From contig JYFJ02000454.1 of the NCBI GenBank assembly GCA_000934665.2, forward strand, positions 62,001 to 126,000: a stretch of DNA of 64,000 nt. The letters run 5' to 3'. The position numbers and the translations under genes are program-made. Source of the stretch: Catajapyx aquilonaris. Lineage: Eukaryota. This document shows positions 50,897 to 63,200 of this stretch, piece after piece. Position 1 is the first letter of the stretch. Every line of letters begins with the position of its first letter. A model generated the notes under the pieces. It did no database searches. It was given only the letters and a program-made list of their open reading frames with translations, and had not been told where the DNA came from.

Positions 50897-53800
50897 ATGT
50901 ACAAAGCATCTAATTGGACTTCCGCAATATAACTCACACGTTGAATATTCTCCTTGAAATCTATCCGAACCTTCATATGGCGAAGAATCTTAATTCCACG
51001 CATGGAATTGTCAGAACAGTGCATACTAATATATCGTATACTTTTGTTAGCTAATATTTACTCGTCACGTGTACATAGACCCTGCACCTGGCAAGCCGCT
51101 GCATAAACTGTACTAACGACCTGCATTGTACCCCCAAGAATACCTTCCCTCCTTGCGCCTTATATTTAAGCAGCAACCGCAGGTAATTTTCAAAGTTCAA
51201 GGAACAGCTGCGTGACAAAAGAAGAAGAGAAGGGGGCATAACTTGACAAACATTTTCATTGCAGCACAACTCACTATATAATTACACACTTCCTGTTTTT
51301 GCAAGCCTCTCCCCCTCCCAACACCCCCAATCTACAGTCTCATGTTCCGTGACTAAAACTCCTTTGATATAATTCATCCCCACCCCTTAGTCTCCATCAT
51401 GCGAGACTAAGAACAGTCTGGACCCCGCTTATCCGCGGTACAAACCCCTCGCGGATAAGTGAAACCCTCCGAATTTTACAGGTTTCACAAAGATTCGTTT
51501 CACATTTCCAAATTAGCTTCAAAAATGAATATAATTTCTGAAACACCTTGAAGTCCGCCATGTTGGTGAGTCCATCCCACATAGTTGCTCCTATTTACCC
51601 GTAATTTTTCGAGCAGATCTTGGTTGGAATGTGGCGGCGAGCAGACTCTCTCGCCTTCAGACAGGATGAAATACAGTTCCTGGGCCTCAGAAAGATGGGT
51701 CCAAAGGTGCCAGACAGGCCCAAAGTCGACCTCACAAGCTGGAATGTCTATTACCGACTAATCCTTCCCCGCTTTGATAAAAAATAAGGGAAAACCGGAG
51801 CAGAGGGATTCAAGTTCGATATGTTTTGGCGGAGGGTTATTGCAGCTGGCCCAGGCTCCCAAGTCGTGACAAATGATCAGCAAATAGGATGAACAACATC
51901 CGCCGCGTTAAGTTTAGCATGACAAAACGGTGCAGTCGGCACCAATAGAAGCACGTGACAGTGATTAGTGCACTGTAATTATGCGGACCCGGATTTTCTG
52001 CTGTTTTTAGGCGACCCTGCGAGCTATACGCCGGGTGGGACCAATATTGGAGTTAGCAATGCGAAATTAATACAACGAATGATAAGATATCACGTCCGCA
52101 ATACCAATATCCGACACCGGTTGGAACGTGATGGTGGTGCTAATCTTCACGTACCCAGAAAATGACCATCGGAACTCGCGATATAGCTTTTACGTAATAT
52201 TGCAATTTTAAAGCCGGCGGAACTGTTAACTTGCGAAGTCTTGGAAATGCTGTAAGGTGTTTGCCAACTTGCGCAAAATATATCCCTCAACTCGGATTAT
52301 GGACAAAACAATAATTATTGCCAAAATATGATTTAATTCCAGCAGAGCATACAATGTTTTACAATACATATTGAATTACAACATTCAGAATTGTTGTTAT
52401 TGTTATTTATTAATACGTATAACAAATTCTTATAATTGGGTAGTGCTGACCTCCTGGATGGCTTTTGCATGGACTTTTAATGTACGGTATTATTTATTAC
52501 ACTGCATGTGTATGTGATGTTGTGTTATTTTATATTAGGGCCTACACATAATATTATATTTCATTACCTGGTATTAAAAGGGTGTCACTTTGTAAAATGC
52601 AATAAAACTATACGGTAATTCAAGAAGTACACCACAACGTGCATGAGATTCGTGCCTAATTTTCTGCTAAATTTTTGTCACCTGCTGTGATCACAGATTT
52701 GGAAAACACGCAAACAGCTCCAAACTGCACGGATCGGAATGCGACAATGCACATACCAGGTACCTCCATGTGTGAACAGAATCAAAGCCCCCAATCCCCC
52801 CCTCCCCCTGATATTACCCCCATCCTGCTGCTCTGGTCGGCAGCACCTAATCTGTGTAATGATGGGGGGCAAGGTTTTGCTGGGAAATCAGACGACCCTT
52901 TTCCTACAGCAGCTAACTCGGGGCTTGGAGTAATTCGTTTACAACCCTTAATAGTGTTGACACTGCATGTTCCGGTAATGGGTCCATCTTCGCCGCCACC
53001 TTAGCCGCTCCCCCAATTTTCACTTTGGCCTCTTGCAGGCACCGACTATGCCTGCCTGGAATCTTGCCCACGACCCAGCAGCTCTTGTGCCGCGATAAGA
53101 TATAGGCCGCTTAACCTGGCACTTACTACGTAGTAAGTTACGTACATGTTATTTATGAAGTGCGTCGCTCTTTTAAAGTGAACCTTTTAAAAAACTCTGA
53201 GAAAGAGAGCTGTTTGGATATAAAACCGAATATGATTTACGTACAATAATTAAATAACTTGATGTGTTATTATAGAACATAACTTGCGCATTAAATATAA
53301 TGTCACTAAATTACAGTCTACATGTAAAAATGCAACTGTGTTAAAATTTTTGTAAATGCGGGCAACGCTGTTTCTCTCAGTGCCCAGTGGCGGCCATGTT
53401 TCTCCCGTATTTCGTGCCATAAGGCCCACCTCTCCGCATGTCTCCTCAGCAAAATGAGCCTTAAGCGGCAGACTTCTCCATGATTCCGTCTGCCAACAAA
53501 GGCTTCAATCCTAGAACCGATCCTTTGGACTTCCAGACTTCAATGAGAGAGGGCTAGTGTAACCAATCCGGTGCTGGTCATTGCGTAGCCACTAAATGAG
53601 ACGAGGCTTGGAAGAGATGGGGGGAGGAGGGGGTCAGCGAAAGGGTTACGAGGCTTGCTTTCTCCTCTCTCCCGAATGCAAATTGCTTTTGTAAACCACT
53701 TTCCCCCTCTGTTGGTCTCGGGGAAACCTCTCCCGCAGGAGGATCGGGTTGCATTGGGATCGGGAGCGGAAAAATGACCGAAATGAAGGGTGGGTTAGGG

Positions 53801-54322
53801 AAGCCAAGGCGCCATCTTGTTCCTCATTTGACTGTCGGACCACGAATCCAAATAACTTATCCAGTTTGTGTCGCCCGATTCGGTTCGGAGGTACCCAGAT
53901 ATATACATTGCGGCCGAGTTATTTGACATTACGGTGCATAACTGTCTCTAGAAGCATTCTCATATTCTTTTCTTCTTCACATGCAGAACCAATCTTAGGG
54001 GGCCTGGGCAGGTTTCAGCATGGCGTCGTTTGCAGACAAATGCGCAGCTAACTAGGCGTGGGCTGTTGTCGCGAGATGGCTTACGTCAGTCGGATAGGAA
54101 TTTACGACACACACTTTAGGAAAAAAAACGGAAGATTTTTCTTTTTTCCCCTACGCAAAAGTGGATTCACATTACACTCTGTGGGGATCACTTGACGCCC
54201 TGAATTTCAGTTACGGTAATGAACACTGCATGAATCATGGAAGCATTTTTCATACCTTAGAGTAGCAAGCCCCCTTTGACTGTACCAATACCGGGGGTGT
54301 AATAAATCTCGTTTTTTTATAT

Positions 54323-54343
54323 TCCTCCTCCTCCTCCTCCTCC
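54323..54343. repeat. (TCC)7 microsatellite
   Basis: Read directly. Confidence 0.9.
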
Positions 54344-54640
54344 ACCCTTACTCCTATAAATTGGGAGTCTGCAGCCATGCTTGATTAAAACTGAGCCATC
54401 GTACCCCCCTGGTCCTGATCGGAATAAACGAGTCGGGGACTCGGAGGAAGGTCCCAAAAGAGATGTTTGAGCGAGCAGCACCAAGGTATGATTGACGCCT
54501 AACAACCGGAGCTTTAATTTGTGCGCCGACCAGCAACAAACGACCATTCATTGTGCTCCGTCCATTCCAACGGTAAATTGTTTGCTTTGTGAGCGCAGAA
54601 AGAGGAGCTATTAAGCGTTGCCAACACGTGGAAAATGAAG

Positions 54641-54667
54641 CCCCCCCCCCCCCCCCCCCCCCCCCNC
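54641..54667. repeat. Longest poly-C tract in the window (with N at 54666)
   Basis: C25-N-C, read directly. Confidence 0.95.
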
Positions 54668-55364
54668 TGGGCCTATACCACCCCCTACAACCCCCCTATT
54701 CAGGACTGGCCTAATGAGAGGGGGCCAAGCTCGTTTCAGCCTCCCAGCCAAAGGGAATGGTAATAGTGTTAACCCTCGGCTGATATTAATGTGAAATGAA
54801 ACGAATGACGCGCACGTCAATTCCAGGGGAGGAGACTGGGGGGACTCTGTTGTGGCCGGTTGTCACAGGCTTTTGGGCACGTTATGTTTGCATTGGCGCT
54901 AAAACAACCTTCCTTGCGGTATTGGATCAAGCAATATGTACTACATTTTTTACGCTGCATTTGTTTCATCCGTGATGCACCGGTACTCCAGCCTAATTGC
55001 TGCTGGCTGATTATGAGCTTGAGTGGTCTGGGGAAACTTGCGTGTTTGGATAAAGCGTAGTTACTGCTCTAAAGACGATGTAACTGTTACTTTCCAGCAG
55101 TCGGATTAGGTATTAAACTAATGGAATAAGAAGTTTAAATTGTTGGAACTGTTACAGCATGAAGTACAGCTAGGATTGGACACGTAAGGGCATTAGTCAT
55201 AATAACCCCCAACGAAATCGAGATAGTGTAACTCTAATGGTAGCATGTTAGAAGTAAACACTATAGCCAAAATAGTAATATTTGGGGCTGACAATGATCA
55301 GTGTTTCTGATAATAAAAAGAGGCGCAGGGATCAGGACAGGTGATCAGAAGCAGTTTCTTTTAA

Positions 55365-55483
55365 GGGCCGGTTGCACCTGGTCAGATATAGCTTATCTCA
55401 TATTTAACGTATGTTATTCACTGTTTACTAATTGTTGCCAACAAGGGATAACATTAAATCTAGGGTTTTGATGCAACAGGCCC
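55365..55483. mobile_element. Putative PIF/Harbinger (Tourist-like) MITE, 119 bp
   Basis: TAA|GGGCCGGTTGCACC ... GATGCAACAGGCCC|TTA, a 15/17 inverted repeat including the TWA flanks. There is weaker subterminal symmetry (agatatagcttatctc vs gggataacattaaatct). Confidence 0.6.
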
Positions 55484-56230
55484 TTAGCTGTGTATATATT
55501 TCTCGATAACCATCGCCTTATTCGATAAAGATTTTGTCACTATGTATATACCATCCTATTTACACGCATTCATTAATAAGTTTTTTGCAATCAGGAGACT
55601 CACCTGGAGTCCAGCAACCTAGTAACTGCCAGTTACATTTAAGTAGCAGTGACAAAATCGCTGCGAATTTTAGCAAACTCAACAGTAAACTGCTGAGGAA
55701 TCCAGCCCTCTTTGATCAACCTGTCAACATGCTTGCACATGTGTGTATAAAGCAGTATAAAGCCCATCTAAAAATCCGCCAACATATATTCGCAATCTTG
55801 CCCCAGCCCTGTGTTGTCAGAGCGTCCTAATTTGCGGTCCCGACTTACATGCGGAGCTTCAGCTTAACTCCATAACTCCATCAGCGCAAAATTCGGTCCA
55901 GAATTGCACATAAACGTGTCCTTTGTCCTGTCGGAGGCCCGTAATCAAGCGTGATTGGATTGAGATTCACTCCAGCAGATCCCCAAGAGAAATCCACTCC
56001 CCGCAACGGACTTCCCATGCGTCAACTTGCAAATTGAGTAATAACTCTCGGCTCCACTTCAACCTCAAATTGGCCCGCGCACCTCTTGACCGAAGACAAG
56101 CCAAATCAGTGCAATGCCAAAATCACATCTTGCTAGTACATAACGAATGATTCACATCATCATCAGTAACAAAACGACAATAATTTTTCTTCAATTATTT
56201 CATACATTGACACACTCTTTATAGTATAAA

Positions 56231-56440
56231 GAATAAAGTTACCTTATACAGCATAACGTTACCTTATATAGTATAAAGTTACCTTATATAGTATAAAGTT
56301 ACCTTATATAGTATAAAGTTACCTTATATAGTATAAAGTTACCTTATATAGTATAAAGTTACCTTATACAATGTAAAGTTACCTTATACAATGTAAAGTT
56401 ATCTTATACAATGTAAAGTTATCTTATACAGTATAAGGTA
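56231..56440. repeat. 20-bp minisatellite GTATAAAGTTACCTTATATA, 10 full units plus a partial unit
   Basis: Exact 20-bp period from 56231 to 56430; four central units are identical. Confidence 0.98.
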
Positions 56441-57325
56441 ATACCTTGAATAGATGGAAGTGACTAAGAGTAGTTTTTTCTATTTCTTGATCATCCCTTT
56501 GTCGTAGCCTGAGGGAAAGGGGAAGCTGACGATTGATCCAATGTAAATTCCGGGCCCAAATTCACTCTCCCCCGTATATATAAATCTATACAGCTCCGGA
56601 GGGAGTGAGAGGAAGTGCTTTTGTACAAAGTATGACTTGGCCCGCTATTGTCGACAACTCCTACAGAGAATGGACAAAAGGAATGACTTCCTATAATATA
56701 TTTTTGAGGGTGACAAGTTAGATGAGGCGTTTTCATTTCCACCTCATTGGCTTATAGGAAACGGGACAACACCCGGAGTTATATATTTTTTGACAGATAA
56801 AAACTGTCCCAGCAGGACATGTGCGGTGTTGTCGGACTGTCAGCGGGTCCCGATCACCGAAATCAATCCGGACAAACCAATTTGGTTAGGGTAATCAGGA
56901 AGCGCGCATAATCAAATCTATAACGTATTTGCAGTCGGCGACATTTTTACATTGCGGGATAAAGCGGTTACAATGACGGCTCATTTGCAATGCAGAACAT
57001 TTGTGTTATTGGAACACCTGTCGTTCAGATTTAGCAAGGAGGACTGCATTTTTTGGTGTCAAATCCGGATGAAAACTCCACACTGCTGACGCGCAAGAAT
57101 TGAAAATACACACACTGGACTCCCCGGATAATAAAACCCGGAGCCGAATAAGGGGATATATATCAGTGACCTACACTTGGAGGGGAACAAAATCTCCTGC
57201 TTCCATTCAACCCTCTGGACTTGAACCATCGGGGGCTAAAGCAAACAGTTTGGATCATGGGGCTGTAGGATTGGGCAAACAAAAAGCCGGGGACTCTGGG
57301 AATTCCGGGGGCTCCCCCCTCCTCC

Positions 57326-57328
<3 letters not shown>

Positions 57329-57382
<54 letters not shown>
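57329..57382. repeat. (CT)27 microsatellite
   Basis: Read directly; explains the LS and ER repeats in the overlapping ORFs. Confidence 0.98.
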
Positions 57383-57385
<3 letters not shown>

Positions 57386-59185
57386 GATTCCCGGATTTGG
57401 ACAGGCTGATTCACTCTGCAAGAACCCACCTCCAGCAAAGGGTCAACACGCCAGTTATGAACTTTGGCCCTTCAACAAGTTCGCACCCTGGAGAGGTGCT
57501 GCATGGGCTAGGACTAGGCCTAGCTTTCATACAGTGCGCCCCCTCCGAAAAAGCCAGTGTGGCCAGACGCAGCTGCTCGTTGGCGCGCGACAAATGCGAT
57601 TTGCCAAGAGGGGACCGTCCCTTTCCTGCGTCATTCCGGATAAATCCCATGGGATGATTCAGTCAGCTCAAAAATGCAGAGAGAGAGGGAGAGAGGGATG
57701 CTGCAACTTGACCAATGCCAAATCAGCCAAATCGCGTCAACGTTTGATGTCTCAGCTGTCAAACAGGACGGAAGGACAAAGCGCTGACGAGGACGGCAGC
57801 CAAAAGACGGGTCCTAGCTAGACAAACGACCCTGTGTTTAATATCAGTTCGGATTGAGTTGTCAATATATTACAGGTCCGCCTAATGCAGGCTGCCAGGG
57901 ACAATAAAAAAAGGGCAAAAGGGGGAATGACAGACGAAGAGAAATGGTTTCAGGGGAAAAAGGGAAAGAGATAAAGGCTCGTTGAATGGATGCAAACAGT
58001 GGAAAAATCAGCATTCACTCTAAAAATAATTAAAATCTTAATAATAAATATACGAAGTTTCCAATACAATATAAGGGATATCAATAACTTTCTTTGATAT
58101 TACATTCAGATTCAGATGGTATAGATATTCGTGGAATTCGTAGATGCGTACTGGGCAATAACAGGTGATTTTTATGACTGGCTGACCTCATCAAAGAAGA
58201 GCCATTAACACATAGTTACTATTATTGCCGTTCTCTGGATCGTGTCCCTCCCCACCTTTGCCTTTTTGTTCAACAACTCACTTATGCTGGGACTAAAGGG
58301 CTGGGAAAATGCCCCTATACATGTCGGGCTAGGACCTATAAGCCCCGCCTAAACCAACAACATAAACCAAATTCTGGCATAATAAAGATAAGGTATCGGA
58401 GTAAAGAAAATACAGCCCGGTCGAGCAAGCCGGTTAAGGAGATAACTTATCATCATGCACGTTGGCCAAACATTATACAACAAATGATGACCAGCGCAGA
58501 GGGAGCGAGAAAAGAGCGCGCCCTTGGAAAAACTGGGTTCTGAAACACAAAAACTGGGGAAATTAGGTTTCTTAATAGGCCACATATTCACGTGGCTCAT
58601 CACCCCACCAAGTTTTTATGAAACTCCGGACATCTGAAGGTTCGGAAAGATTGAATACCGGACCCGCGCTGGATAATGCCCACTTTCAGGTAATTTACTG
58701 ACATGCTATGTATAAACCCGCAGCTAGTTTCCATTCCTCACAATCCGCACCTGTTTACTATACGCAACCAGCAGCCCTGCTCTACATCCAAGAATTTAAC
58801 ATAAAGGTGCACTGGGTTTTCCAAGATTTTCATGCCTCATGCGCGCGGATTGTGCGCATGCTTCCGGCATTCAACTATCGGCATCTATCGGCACCTTCTA
58901 TAAATACATGGCCCAGTTCATTAATGGACAAACGGTGTATACCAGGACTTGCAGCACAAAAAAAGCCACCTGAACACGGCATCTCCCAGAAGTTCCGTGA
59001 TATCCAACCGTTATTGCGCATTTCAGAGTCAGCAATCGCGAGTTATGACATCAACGTGGATTTGGGCTGTGCAAATTGTTGGAGAACGGTAGAAATTCTA
59101 ATAACGTACTTTACGACCGACTTCACCACTAGTCGTTCTTCCTATACACAAGCCCTAGTTGTTACTGCAATATCAAACCTACGGT

Positions 59186-59201
59186 GGGTGGGTGGGTGGG
59201 T
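59186..59201 (+). other. Canonical G-quadruplex-forming motif (GGGT)4
   Basis: GGGTGGGTGGGTGGGT, with spare G-tracts downstream to ~59231. Confidence 0.7.
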
Positions 59202-62200
59202 TATAGTGGGTGGTGGAAAGTTGGGACGGGGCATAATCTGTATTTTATAGTGGCCCTTTTACGGCCTCGTGGAATAGGATGAGTTTGGGGGATTAAATTT
59301 GAGTCGGCCGCACTGCGACCCAGCCCCAGAGTACGTGCTGGGGAAAGGTGGGCACGGGGAAAAGTTTCAGGGAAAACTGGGGGGGTGTAGTTACCCTGGT
59401 AACGTGTAATTTTGAGCAAGATTGATCCAGGGAAAAAAGGACCTCGGTAGAAAGACATAGGGGTCGGCATATGCTAGCGCGAATAATTGAACAATCATGG
59501 AAATGTCTTCTTCGTCTCGGCCACACTGTATCACCGCAGTAAATCGCAACGACTTTTGTGCTTGGATGGGGAGGTTGGTATAGAATCGTTACAATCGCGC
59601 ATCAAATGGTCAATAAACCAAAAAAAAAGTGAGGGAGGAAGGAAATTGGTTCTCCCACCGCCATTTCCTAATGGCAATCGTTGGATGCGACATCAGGGGG
59701 ACTCCCCTCAAAAATGTCGATATGGATGTGGTTATCTGTGCACGTGTATCCGAATTCGACACTGGCTAAGCCTAAACGCAAAAAAACGAACAATTTTTCA
59801 GACTAGAAATATAAAACTGGTTGGTGTTGAGACCCAACGATTTTCCGGCTGTTTCACCTCTCTTGTAAAAAAAAAAAATCGGTCCGAGAGAATTTGGCAG
59901 TCATCCGTGGCCACGAAGCTGCGGCTGACCGCGGCCGCTGGGATAATGACACTTTTGTGCACCGGAATGGGCCCTGGTAAATAGCCGGCGGAGAACCGTG
60001 TCAAAGAAAATGTCGGGGACACATCGATGCAATCTCCGGTTCGTGGCCACCATTTTTTTCTGTAAAAAGAGCAAATATTCCTACCTGAAGATTCCCTGGC
60101 CAAAAACCCGGAACATGCAATGCGCTATAAAAAAAAGGTGCCTGGGCGGGATTGATGATCCGTATAGATCGGTTAATCCAGGCGCAAAGTCACGGCATAA
60201 GCGATTTATTGATTCAGAACCGTCTATTCCTTTTATTTCTGGATTCCTGACCAGGTGGTCCCACCGACTTATGCGACGATATATTAGCGGAGAGGAATTC
60301 TGGTTGGACAGGTGTCATCGTTTCGTATGCCCGATCGGACACTAAGATCCATTGTTATGGGTGTCTCTGCCGGGCTCCGAATCTTTCTTTGGCAGAATTT
60401 CAGGTTCTACCACCTTCCAGCAGGCCCCTTTGGTTCTGGCCGATTACCATGCTGCGGAAGCAATTTGATAGCACTAAAATGCACCTAACATCCACCGCAA
60501 TCAACTACAGCAATTTATTACAATCCGACACAATGTTTCAAAACACGCCTTTGCCCCCGCCAAATAGGAATGGAACGAAGGCATGCTGTACCCTACCTCG
60601 TTGTCTCATTACGACCCTACGCCTTCGAATAATGTGGAAGTATTTAATTTTCCAATCCATCTACTTTGCATAAAATATTTTTTTGCCCTATTTAGATTAA
60701 TATGTTTAGTCTTCTCTATAACGCTGCACATATCGACCAGGCTCCCATTTAAAGCGTAAACAATTTGGTCCAGACACCCTCATACACGCATGCCCGCAAG
60801 GAGGCAGCACAGCCTCCAAACATAATAATCCGCCATAATCTGCATCATTAATGCACCACACTCGGTGGCATCATATAAAGAACACGGTTATAAAAACGAG
60901 GCATGGTTTCAAGCCCAGGGGCAAGGATGCAGCAAGTTCATTTCCGAACACCTCAGGAGGCTCCGAATTCTTGTGTGGCACACTCGGCCCCCATCTGGAG
61001 AACCAACACCTCCAGTCTGTGTCCCTCACAGTAGGCAATACCTCACGGACAACAAATCACTGGTCAGTACACAACAAAAAAAAGGAGCCCAAAAAATCTG
61101 GTGGCTGACCTAACGTTTCGCCGCTAAGTACAGGAGGCAGAAAAAGGGTCGACGGTGGGAATTTCCATTTCCTGGCAGGAAAGGAGCATTTGGCACGCGA
61201 GTCGAGGCTGGGACCGGCTCATTTGTGTGCCCTCAGGCAAGCGCCTACAAAAAGGGGCAAAAAAAGGGCGTCCATATCGCACCCGCCTCACTTAACAAGC
61301 CAAATCAGCAAGGCACGCACTCCCACGTGGTGATGGCGTCATTTTGAGGGCGACAGCGACGCGCGGCGGGACGCGCTGAAAACTGTCTCCAATATCAGGT
61401 GAGACGTGATGGACCCTGTTGCTGTCACAGTCTCCCAAAATTTTTGGGGGGGTTCCTTAGGGCGTCGCGTGTGGTCCGGACCTGGCACGCTCACAAGGGG
61501 GGCGTGGGTAAAAATGCGCTATACAGAGAAACACTGCGTGAGTGGCCTCTCGCATGTACCACTTGGCTTCAAAGATTGTCATTATAATCGGCTGTGCCCC
61601 ATGCGTGCGTCATAATCCGGGCAGCCCGAAAAAAGGGTGGGTCAAACACCGATTGCAGTGTGCCAAAAAAGAAGCATAACCTGGGCCATTCTACCGTAGA
61701 AGCAACGGACCGGCCCCGAGAGAGATTGGCCACACTTGCCCATCATCCGTGTGTACGGTCCAGTTCCCATCCCCTTAGACTTCCATTCTTACGGAAGATT
61801 CGCGCCGGTCACGAACCTTATGTTTTGCCAACTACTCTGCCGATTAGCGCCACATAATGTGCCCTCTAATCTGCCGATCTGGTTATTTACTACTAGCGGA
61901 TCCTCCTGGTAATACTTCCGCGGTATAATGATTCTCTGGCCCTATCCGGCCTTATTATGGCAATCCACCTTGTGAGAGACCCGCCCTTGTAAACCGTATT
62001 ATGTATCGGCCTGCACCTGAATTGCCATAAACCGCATTCGATGATAGGAAATGTTTCTGTGAAATGACTCACATTTTAAGAAGCACTGGACCATGTTCAA
62101 AGCTAATATTTTCGACCAAGAGCACTATACAGTCTGGATTATTCGGACAAGTGTCACATACCAGAATCGGATCATAATTACGGTTGTGTAAATTAATTTT

Positions 62201-62489
62201 TACACGATAAAATATATATGGTTAGTGGTAGCCTATACAGTGTATATTTCTAGGGTTGATTATTTGTTATATTGCTATGTTTTTATTCGTTGGCTTATAT
62301 GGGCATGATTTATTACAAATGCTACATATTATATGAATAAATTAATCTACTGTAGTTACATTCAAGTATTAGTATTAATAATTCCAACTGGAATAATATG
62401 TTTTTGGAGGCTGTGCAGGTGACTTTTGAGCTAACCTTATGTTGCGCAACGCACGCCCATTAGTGTAATTTTCCTTTCTCCAGAAAACA

Positions 62490-63200
62490 ATTGTTAAGAG
62501 GATAAGACCAACAATCTTTTTGACCTCTACTATAGGAATTTAGGGAGCGACCTGAACTTATCGCACGAAAGGCGAGCTCTGTCAGAGCATTTCCAAATTA
62601 GTAAGGAGATACGCTAGAGTGCTGCCTTTTTTGATGACCATCTTTTAAAAAAATCCGGACCTGCCCATTTTCCATCTGACAGTTCCGTTGTAATCCTTCA
62701 ATGTTAAGCGTGCGCTTGGAAAAGCCCATCTTGAAGACTCTTCCAGTGAGATAAACACAGAAGGTAAAAAGGAGGCGGGCCAACCATCAGAAGTTGCGCC
62801 TCAACCCGGATTAAACCTATCAAACAACAGTTGTTTTTTTTTTTACTTCTGAATCCTAAAAAAAAGCAAAGCTGCTGTAGAGAATCTTCTAATAACAATC
62901 GATGGTGTTGAAGTCTCATTAAGCGCACCGATGAAAGGCGACTTGCTCCTTCAGGGTTGAGTGACACTTCCCCATCCTATTGGCGACATTGCATTCACTT
63001 AGCTGGATTTATTAGGTCGCGGCGACGAAAACCGGGGAAGGGACGTTGAACTTGGATCGCTATCTTTTCTATCATTGACTTGGAATTAGCTTCTATGCTC
63101 CGGGAAACACAATCGATTCAAGGACTCGAGCTGCTAGCTCTAAGGCGAGATCGATTATCGCGCAATTTCATTAGAAAATGCTCTGTTGAAATGTCTCGGA
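62490..63200 (+). mobile_element. Highly decayed non-LTR retrotransposon (CR1/L2-group-like LINE), 3' half of ORF2 RT
   Basis: Colinear motif remnants across frames: NLGSDLN..HE (62537), MTIF*KNPDLP (62634), NVK..LG (62700), Q*DKH (62744), YF*ILKKSKAAVENLLIT (62844), and SIIDLEL...GLELLALRRDRLSRNFIRKC (63068-63181). Multiple stops and frameshifts. Confidence 0.55.

Noticed and set aside
53121..53138. Perfect 18-bp palindrome ACTTACTACGTAGTAAGT (also 16-bp palindromes at 11298-11313 and 19184-19199)
   Set aside because: They are real, but palindromes of this length are near chance expectation in 64 kb, and there is no supporting context.
56231..56440. CRISPR array
   Set aside because: The units are directly adjacent with no unique spacers, and no cas genes are present.
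57100..57657. 185-aa ORF with LS repeat (and the antisense ER-repeat ORF)
   Set aside because: It is kept open by the (CT)27 microsatellite; the remainder has no recognisable domain.
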